From Deltaproteobacteria bacterium (lineage in GTDB: Bacteria; Desulfobacterota; Desulfomonilia; UBA1062): a stretch of 64,000 nucleotides of DNA. Every line of letters starts with the position of its first letter. Position 1 is the first letter of the stretch. The notes beneath the pieces are model-generated. The model worked only from the letters and a program-made list of their open reading frames with translations. It did not search any database and had not been told where the DNA came from. The stretch lies in contig JAKPDW010000025.1 of the NCBI GenBank assembly GCA_029552245.1, positions 240,104-304,103 of the forward strand, read 5' to 3'. The translations under genes were made by a program, and so were the position numbers. Shown here one piece after another: positions 58,018 through 64,000 of this stretch.

Positions 58018-58695
58018 ATGGGCCGAACGGCAGCGCTGATCGTGATCGTCGCCATCCTTGCCTGTGTGTCGGGGTGCGCCCACGAGCCCGAGGGCAAGAG
58101 GCCCGCCTCCGAGCTCTTCGAGGAAGGGGCTTCCCTTGCGAGGGAGGGCAAGGTGGAGAAGGCGGCCGAGGCCTTCATGAAGGTGAGGACGTACTACCCG
58201 TCAGACGAGCTCGCGCGCAGGGCGCTCCTGGCCACCGCAGACCTCTACTTCGACACCGGGGACTATGCTTCGGCCCTCAAGTCGTACCAGGAGTACAGGC
58301 TCCTCTACCCCACGGACGCCCAGGCCGGGTACTGCCTCTTCCGCATCGGCATGTGCCACTTCAACCAGATGTCCACCTACGACCGTGACCAGACCGAGAC
58401 CAACAGGGCGGTGACCGCCTTCGAGTCGTTCCTCGCCGCCTACCCGTCTTCCCCCCACGTCGAGATGGCCAGGGCATGCCTGGGGGAGGCAAGGGCGAGG
58501 CTCGGCCAGAACATGCTCTCGGTGGGGAGGTTCTACCTCAGGAAGGGCAACCTCGAGGCCGCATGCGCGAGGTTCAGGGCGGTGAGGGAGAAATACCCCG
58601 AGGCCGCTCCCCGAGACGAGCTGGACGAGCTCGTCGCCCGGGCCTGCTCGAGTGGCCCTGCGCGGGCGGACAACCCCGCCGACAAGCGTCAATAA
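58018..58695 (+). CDS. bamD: outer-membrane protein assembly factor BamD (TPR lipoprotein)
   Basis: Lipobox LACVSGC then TPR-like repeats typical of BamD/YfiO. Confidence 0.75.
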   Translation: MGRTAALIVIVAILACVSGCAHEPEGKRPASELFEEGASLAREGKVEKAAEAFMKVRTYYPSDELARRALLATADLYFDTGDYASALKSYQEYRLLYPTDAQAGYCLFRIGMCHFNQMSTYDRDQTETNRAVTAFESFLAAYPSSPHVEMARACLGEARARLGQNMLSVGRFYLRKGNLEAACARFRAVREKYPEAAPRDELDELVARACSSGPARADNPADKRQ

Positions 58696-58778
58696 ATCGA
58701 CATATCAAGGGTCTCCCGGGCCGCCATCTCCCCTGTCAAATCTCATAGTGTACCGAAATTATTGTTCTATGTAATTTC

Positions 58779-58794
58779 TGGCACGGAAATGGCA
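58779..58794 (+). promoter_or_regulatory. sigma-54-like promoter element TGGCAC-ggaaa-TGGCA (1 mismatch in -12 box)
   Basis: Correct 10-nt GG-to-GC spacing, in an AT-rich patch 42 nt upstream of a small ORF. Confidence 0.35.
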
Positions 58795-58835
58795 TTCCTC
58801 CGTATGTGGCCAGGAAATTGACGGAGGAATGCCCC

Positions 58836-58943
58836 ATGACGAAGAGGGAGATCATTCGCGCGCTCGTGTTGAGCCCGCTGTACTGGAAGCTCAAGCTCAG
58901 GGACAGGGCGTTCCTCGTCCGCAAGCTGATGCCGAGGAAGTGA
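58836..58943 (+). CDS. small basic ORF (35 aa) with strong SD; SD lies in 3' arm of a perfect 13-bp hairpin
   Basis: ACGGAGGAATGCC (58821-33) pairs with GGCATTCCTCCGT (58791-803). ORF MTKREIIRALVLSPLYWKLKLRDRAFLVRKLMPRK. Confidence 0.3.
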   Translation: MTKREIIRALVLSPLYWKLKLRDRAFLVRKLMPRK

Positions 58944-59043
58944 GGCCCTGGGGCAGGGTCCTGATCCCGGGTTTGACGCCCCCGGTGAAAGCGCGGGGCT
59001 CGCCCGCCGGGCGTGGCTTGCGGCCGTTCCCCTCGAAGCCGCC

Positions 59044-60918
59044 TCACGTGTTCGGCGCCGATGCGAGCCTTCGCACATCCCCCACCCTGAGGGTGAAGCG
59101 GATGCGGTCCAGGTACTCGAGGTAGGGGATTGCGTATTTCCTGGACACGCCCAGGACATCCTTCATGTCCACCGGCGTCATGGATCCGCGCTCTTCGAGG
59201 AACTCCCGCACCCGGCGCCTGAGGGTCTCCTCGTTCCTCCTCGAGATGTGGATGTCGTCCTTGACCTTCACCACGAGGCCTTCCCTCGAGAGGAACCCCA
59301 CGATCTCCTGCACCTCCTTCAGGGCTATGTCCAGCGACTGGGCAAGCTCCTGGAGGCGTGGCGGCTCGAAGCCGGCCTCGTCGATGATACCGGCGATCTT
59401 CCTGCCGAGGTCAGTGCGCCGTGACTCGAGGCCCGGCCTGAACCCCGAGCGGGCGAGCACCGGCCCGTCCTGCGCGACCGCCCCCTTCTTGGCGAGGTTC
59501 AAGATCGCCTTGTGGAAGAGCTTCGCGTCCGCCCCGGGGGCGACCGAGCTGCGCAGGTGCTCGCGCGGCATGCCCGGCGAGGCGGGGAACTCCGCGTGGA
59601 AGCGGTCGAGCTCGGCCGTTATCTGCTCCTCGAGCCGGTCGAGGTACCTTCGGTGGACGTACAGATCGGCGGTCGCGTCGTACCTCACGATCCTGCCCGA
59701 GGACGCAAGGGCCTCGACCCCGCGGACGGCCTGCTCGGGGTCCCGGGCGAAGGCGGCCTCGATCTCCTGTTTGGACAGGCCCCTGACCCCCGCGTCCACG
59801 GCCAGGCCTTCCACCTGTCGCTGGATGTCGTCCGAGCAGAGGGCCTCCATGACCTCGAGGGAGAACCTCCTCTTCGGGTGCGGGTTCAGCACCACCCCGC
59901 CTGCCACGGTGAGGGCGCCGTTTCCCGATCTCAGGATGAACCGGTCCCCGAAAGCGGCCACGACCGGCCTCTTCAGCCGTACCCGCGCGTAGACGGCCTC
60001 TCCGGATGCGTGGACGCTCATGGTGCCCTGCACCTCCGCGGTGCCGATGTGCATGCGGATGCCGCTCTTGGGCGGCCGGCCCACCAGGGTGACCCTTGCG
60101 TCCACGGCCTTTGTCGGCCTGAAGACGCCGGAGGGCGCGACCCACTGGCCGCGCTCGATCTCGGAGGTGGACACGCCCTGGAGGTTCACGGCCGTGCGCA
60201 GCCCCGCCAGAGCCTCCTGGACGTCGGTATCGTGCACCTGGATGTTCCTGATCTTCGCGGAAGTGCCCGACGGGAGGATCTCCACGTCCATGCCCGGGGC
60301 CAGCGATCCCCTCGCGAGCGTGCCGGTGACGACGGTGCCGAACCCCTTGACGGTGAAGACGCGGTCCACGGGGAGCACGGGTATGCCCGTCGCGCGCCGC
60401 TCCGAGGCGAGCCCCACCTGCTCCTCGATGGTCCTCATGAGCTCGGGGATCCCCTCGAGCGTCACCGAGCTCACGGCCACGACAGGTGCGTCTCTCAGGG
60501 ACGTGGCGGAGAGGAAGTCGCGGACCTCGGATGCGGCGAGCTCGAGCAGGTCGTTCTCCACCAGGTCCTTCTTGGTGAGCGCCACGACCCCCCGCTCTAT
60601 GCCCAAAAGCTCCAGGATCTGCACGTGCTCGCGCGTCTGGGGCATGACGCCCTCGTCGGCCGCGATCACGAGGAGCACGAGGTCGATGCCCGAGGCGCCC
60701 GAGAGCATGTGCCTGATGAAGCGCACGTGGCCCGGCACGTCCACCACGCCGACGCGCTCGCCGGAGGGCAGGGTCATGGAGGCGAACCCGAGCTCGATGG
60801 TGAGCCCGCGCTCCTTCTCCTCCTTGAGCCTGTCGCAGTCTATGCCCGTGATGGCCTTTATGAGCGAGGTCTTGCCGTGGTCCACGTGCCCCGCGGTCCC
60901 GATGACGACCCTCTTCAT
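59044..60918 (-). CDS. selB: selenocysteine-specific translation elongation factor SelB
   Basis: GTP-binding G1-G4 (AGHVDHGKTSL, DVPGH, TKKD) plus long C-terminal winged-helix SECIS-binding extension. 624 aa. Confidence 0.85.
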   Translation of the reverse strand: MKRVVIGTAGHVDHGKTSLIKAITGIDCDRLKEEKERGLTIELGFASMTLPSGERVGVVDVPGHVRFIRHMLSGASGIDLVLLVIAADEGVMPQTREHVQILELLGIERGVVALTKKDLVENDLLELAASEVRDFLSATSLRDAPVVAVSSVTLEGIPELMRTIEEQVGLASERRATGIPVLPVDRVFTVKGFGTVVTGTLARGSLAPGMDVEILPSGTSAKIRNIQVHDTDVQEALAGLRTAVNLQGVSTSEIERGQWVAPSGVFRPTKAVDARVTLVGRPPKSGIRMHIGTAEVQGTMSVHASGEAVYARVRLKRPVVAAFGDRFILRSGNGALTVAGGVVLNPHPKRRFSLEVMEALCSDDIQRQVEGLAVDAGVRGLSKQEIEAAFARDPEQAVRGVEALASSGRIVRYDATADLYVHRRYLDRLEEQITAELDRFHAEFPASPGMPREHLRSSVAPGADAKLFHKAILNLAKKGAVAQDGPVLARSGFRPGLESRRTDLGRKIAGIIDEAGFEPPRLQELAQSLDIALKEVQEIVGFLSREGLVVKVKDDIHISRRNEETLRRRVREFLEERGSMTPVDMKDVLGVSRKYAIPYLEYLDRIRFTLRVGDVRRLASAPNT

Positions 60919-61172
60919 GGCAGGCAGTATAGCCGCATCACGCGCTCCCGGTCAATTCCGGCAGGCGGGCTCGGTGGGGAACAGAGGGGTTTTGTGCCGT
61001 CCGGGTGGTCGAGGGTGCTCGGGGCCGCTTAAGACCCGTCAGGGGCGGATAACCCGTGCGGCGGAGCCCGCCGCCGAGTCCCAAGTGCGGGTGAGCGTCA
61101 GGGGAGTGAGGGGGCGGACCCTTGCCCGGGTTTCTTGCAACACGGGTGTGTTTCCTTCTATATGTGGGAGAC

Positions 61173-61772
61173 ATGGACAGGGCCGTAAGGGCGATCGTGC
61201 TCGTGTGCGCGGTGGAGGCGGCCTTCCGCCTCGCCTCGCCGCTCGTACCCATCGATGTCCTTGCCTGGACGCTCGTCGCGAGGGTCGTGGAGGCGGCCTG
61301 CATCCTGGCCACGGCATTCGGCGAGAGCGGCATCAAGGCAGCCTCCATCCCCTTCGAGCTCGCCGTCGGCCTGGGGGCCTCGGCCGCCTTCGGCTGCCTC
61401 GTGTTGCTCGCGGATGCCGCCTGGCTCGCCCTCTTCGGGGTCAGGCCGCTTGCGGCTCTCCGTGCGGGAGGTCCCGCAACGTTTACGCCCGTTTACCTGT
61501 CGGCCGCCTGCCTCGCGGGGCCGTTCACCGAGGAGCTCTTCTTCAGGGGGCTCGTCTACGGCCGGCTGAGGAAGGTGTTTCCCGCATGGGCGTGCGTGCC
61601 CGTGACCGCCGCCGCCTTCGCCTCGCTCCACGGCGGGCTGCCCCTGGTCCCGTTCACGGGGGGTGTCGTGTTCGCCCTCCTGTTCGAGTGGAGGCAAAAC
61701 GTCTGGCCCGGCTTCGTCGTGCACGCGGCGGGAAACGCGGCGCTGTGGCTGTTGCCGCTGGTGTGGCCATAG
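61173..61772 (+). CDS. CPBP-family (CAAX/Abi) intramembrane metalloprotease
   Basis: Motif 1 EELFFRG, motif 2 FASLHG, motif 3 HAAGN, in a polytopic membrane protein. Confidence 0.7.
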   Translation: MDRAVRAIVLVCAVEAAFRLASPLVPIDVLAWTLVARVVEAACILATAFGESGIKAASIPFELAVGLGASAAFGCLVLLADAAWLALFGVRPLAALRAGGPATFTPVYLSAACLAGPFTEELFFRGLVYGRLRKVFPAWACVPVTAAAFASLHGGLPLVPFTGGVVFALLFEWRQNVWPGFVVHAAGNAALWLLPLVWP

Positions 61773-61995
61773 CGCTGACCCCTCGAGGGCGGCTTCGCCG
61801 TGGCGTCCGGCGCCCGTGAGCGGACCCGCTCGGCGTGTGTCTTGCGGGTGGGAGGCCGACCGTGTTCGCGGGCGCACCCGTGGCATCGGCGGACAGCGAG
61901 GCGCTCCGGCCGTGCCGCTGGAGCGGCCTTCTCGCAGAGGGGGGCTTCACAGCGGCGACAGGCTCCCCGGGCAGGCGCGCACTGCGCATGTCCGG

Positions 61996-62103
61996 CCGGG
62001 TGGTATGGCGGAGCCGCGCTGAATGCCGCTTCCCCACCCTGAGAGAAATCCCCGAGTGAACGGACTATCCAGGGTGGTATGGCGCAGGCGCGCTGAAGGC
62101 CGC
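61996..62103. repeat. two 34/35-bp imperfect direct repeats (GGGTGGTATGGCGSAGSCGCGCTGAAKGCCGC), period about 73 bp, in about 750 bp of non-coding DNA
   Basis: Copies at 61996-62029 and 62069-62103, about 31/34 identical. Confidence 0.45.
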
Positions 62104-62542
62104 CCCGGCCGGCGGCGCCATGGGCGCTCGGCCTCTCGGCGGCTCTGCGGCCGAGCCCCTTCTCTCGGGGGATGCCCGTGGCGCCATCGATACCTTGAAG
62201 GACCGGCCGTGGGCGGGTGCGCGGGGAGGGCCGGGCTGCCCGACGTGCCCGCGGCTTGAATGCATTGACGTCTCGAGCAGCCGGTTCCGTGGACGCGCGC
62301 ACGGGCACGCACGCTTTGCCCCAGGCATCCAAGGACAGGGCCGCATCGTGCCTGTGCCACAGTCTCGGCCTGCCTTCGGTGCAGGCGGAAAGCGCAATGG
62401 TCTGCATCTCAGGCCCGCCGCGATGCCTGGGGGCGTCTTGCTTCGTCTTGCCCTCGGGACGCTTCGTGCCGGAAGCGGCGGGAGGGATCCCCGAAGTTCA
62501 CCTGCGCCTGCGGGCCCTGCCCACGGGGGATAAGGAAAGGCG

Positions 62543-62630
62543 TGGTGCCGGAGAAGGGAATCGAACCCCCACGGACGTAACGTCCATCGGATTTTGAGTC
62601 CGACGCGTCTACCAGTTCCACCACTCCGGC
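62543..62630 (-). tRNA. tRNA-Leu (anticodon CAA), type II with long variable arm, CCA encoded
   Basis: Reverse complement folds as GCCGGAG (acceptor) / D-arm / anticodon stem TCGGA-CTCAAAA-TCCGA (anticodon CAA) / long variable arm TGGACGTTACGTCCG / T-arm GGGGGTTCGATTCCC...CTCCGGC ACCA. Confidence 0.8.
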
Positions 62631-62898
62631 ACACCGAGCGTTTTACCAGAGCCCGGCTCCGCGCGCAAGGGCGTCGGGTGTGTACGCGCCGCGTCGCACT
62701 GTGTCGGATTTCCCACAGGCCGGCGCGCGTCCTTGCAGATAACATAACGGTTTTACTCGTATATCTGGAAGGCATGCATGTTGCATCCAGAATGCACGAT
62801 GCAAATGTGTTGCTGTGTAGCCACGTCACGGGTGCATGGTGGGTCGAGAGGTGCGTGCATCGCGTGCGTTCTCGGCGGAAACCCGAAAGATTTCCTTG

Positions 62899-62926
62899 TT
62901 GACAAACAGGGTCCGCCATTTATAAT
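62899..62926 (+). promoter_or_regulatory. near-consensus sigma-70 promoter TTGACA-16-TATAAT for the downstream lipoprotein gene
   Basis: TTGACA 62899-904, TATAAT 62921-26, in an AT-rich patch; ATG at 63008 with GGAGGAAGA SD. Confidence 0.5.
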
Positions 62927-63007
62927 AGACCCTGATGTGGCATGGCGGCGATGACGCGTAGTGTGTGAGGCTGGTCCCAGAGAAAATAAATTAAGTAGAG
63001 GAGGAAG

Positions 63008-64000
63008 ATATGGCTAAGAGGTTCCTGACTTTGGTCGCACTGCTCATGCTCGGCTTCTATGTGGCAGGCTGTGCGGAGGGCGATGAGAGCGCGAGCGTGG
63101 TGAACCCGAATCCTTCGGTCTTCACGCCCACGGGCTCCATCTCGGGCGTCGTGGTAGACGCGTGCACCGGGGCTCTCATAGAGGGTGCCACCGTGTCCGT
63201 GGCCTACAACGGCAAGGTCTACAAGGTGAAGACGAGCGCGCAGGGTCAGTTCACGTTCAACAACGTCCCGGCGAACTACAAGGGGCCCTACTTCGTGAGC
63301 TGCGACCTGGGCACCGTGACCGGTGACCCGTACGACGGCGCTTCGTTCATCGAGTATGCATACGTCGGCTACTCGGACCTGAACGACGGCGACAACGACA
63401 GTGATGTCGAGGAGAGCGGCAGCGGCGCGGACACGCCGGTCGACAAGCTCAATTCCTCCATCGTGTTCGAGGTGAGCAACCCGACCAACTCCGTGGCGGG
63501 CGTGGTCTATGACAAGACCTACGGCACCAACCCCCTCGCCGACGCCACCGTGGCGCTGTTCGACGATGACAGCAACCTGATCAGCTACGCCACCACCGCC
63601 GCGAACGGCACGTTCACCATCTCCAACGTCCCGGCGGGCGATGGCTACTACCTCCAGGTCATCAAGTCCGGCTACGTCTACAGGAACGTTACCGCTGCCT
63701 CGGATTGCGAGGGACCCGACTGCAGCAAGCTCTGGCTGCCCTGTGAGGTCGGCTGCAGCTCGATCCCGGTCAACGCCGGCGCGATCTTCGTCATGCAGAG
63801 CGTGGTCAGGGACAACATCATCCCCTTCATCTCCAACATCGACGTCCAGATCGGCACCTTCGCGGCGAGCGGCGCCTTCAGCGGCGACAAGTTCATGTAT
63901 GACGACGAGGGCGACGTCCTCTCCCCGCTCGTCACCTCTTTCGGCATCACCTTCAGCGAGCCCATGCTCACCGGGCACTCCAGCATCTATGACGCAGTCC
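63008..64000 (+). CDS. large secreted lipoprotein with carboxypeptidase-regulatory-like/Ig-like beta-sandwich repeats (partial; continues past window end)
   Basis: Lipobox YVAGC. Repeated GxVxD..TG.P..GATV... modules (GSISGVVVDACTGALIEGATVSV, VAGVVYDKTYGTNPLADATVALF). No stop before the window end. Confidence 0.55.

Noticed and set aside
62543-62630. Possible tRNA-Sec (selC) near selB
   Set aside because: The only tRNA found has anticodon CAA with a type II variable arm and a normal 7-bp acceptor stem, so it is tRNA-Leu, not tRNA-Sec (anticodon UCA with an 8- or 9-bp acceptor stem).
1-64000. Prophage, integron, transposon or genomic-island boundaries
   Set aside because: No integrase, transposase, recombinase, phage structural or toxin-antitoxin signature found. 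The tRNA-Leu is not flanked by a detectable direct repeat of its 3' end within the window.

Overview
This is a high-GC (~65%) bacterial chromosomal window. It looks mostly like core genome; I see no integrase, transposase or cas gene, so I make no mobile-element call. The lineage is unknown. The mix of SelB, a molybdopterin oxidoreductase, DUF362/polyferredoxin proteins and ribosomal protein bTHX points to an anaerobic, Deltaproteobacteria/Thermodesulfobacteriota-like organism, but that is inference only.

Core genes recognised, in order: pgpA-cinA-thpR-recA (minus strand); an OmpA-family protein; a rubrerythrin-like protein; a periplasmic amino-acid binding protein; an NlpC/P60 lipoprotein; an MMPL/RND exporter; a multi-PAS hybrid histidine kinase; a 2-hydroxyacid dehydrogenase; a GGDEF diguanylate cyclase; a PAP2 phosphatase; Hsp33; bTHX (too short for the ORF track); a Memo-like protein; a TtcA-like PP-loop ATPase; an FwdE-like protein, a MOT-like transporter, a molybdopterin oxidoreductase and a TetR regulator in one cluster; pgm; an amino-acid ABC permease-SBP-permease set; a HAD hydrolase; rph-rdgB; archease-rtcB; rplY; greA; tatA-tatC; a LivK-like SBP; bamD; selB; a CPBP protease; tRNA-Leu(CAA); and a lipoprotein that runs off the 3' edge.

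Most unusual:
1. A translationally coupled three-gene operon: a ParA-type ATPase fused to a C-terminal CBM48/AMPK-beta glycogen-binding domain, a Walker-A-less pseudo-ParA, and a 196-aa unknown protein. This may be a new ParA-type cargo-positioning module.
2. A 62-bp-periodic, CRISPR-like degenerate repeat array (about 28-bp repeats, about 34-bp spacers) directly upstream of archease-rtcB. Several two-copy direct-repeat pairs elsewhere share a 62- or 73-bp period.
3. Two DUF362 redox modules: one Tat-exported and coupled to a NapH-like membrane polyferredoxin, the other a DUF362-ferredoxin fusion downstream of a near-consensus sigma-54 promoter and a small unknown gene.
4. A Zn-ribbon NUDIX gene interrupted by a frameshift at a G5 run; repairing it joins the NUDIX domain to a roughly 200-aa C-terminal domain.
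5. A greA leader with a promoter followed immediately by an intrinsic terminator (GraL-like).
6. A 35-codon ORF whose Shine-Dalgarno sits inside a perfect 13-bp hairpin next to a sigma-54-like element.

Many long Arg/Gly/Pro-rich ORFs on opposite strands are GC-driven artefacts and were rejected.
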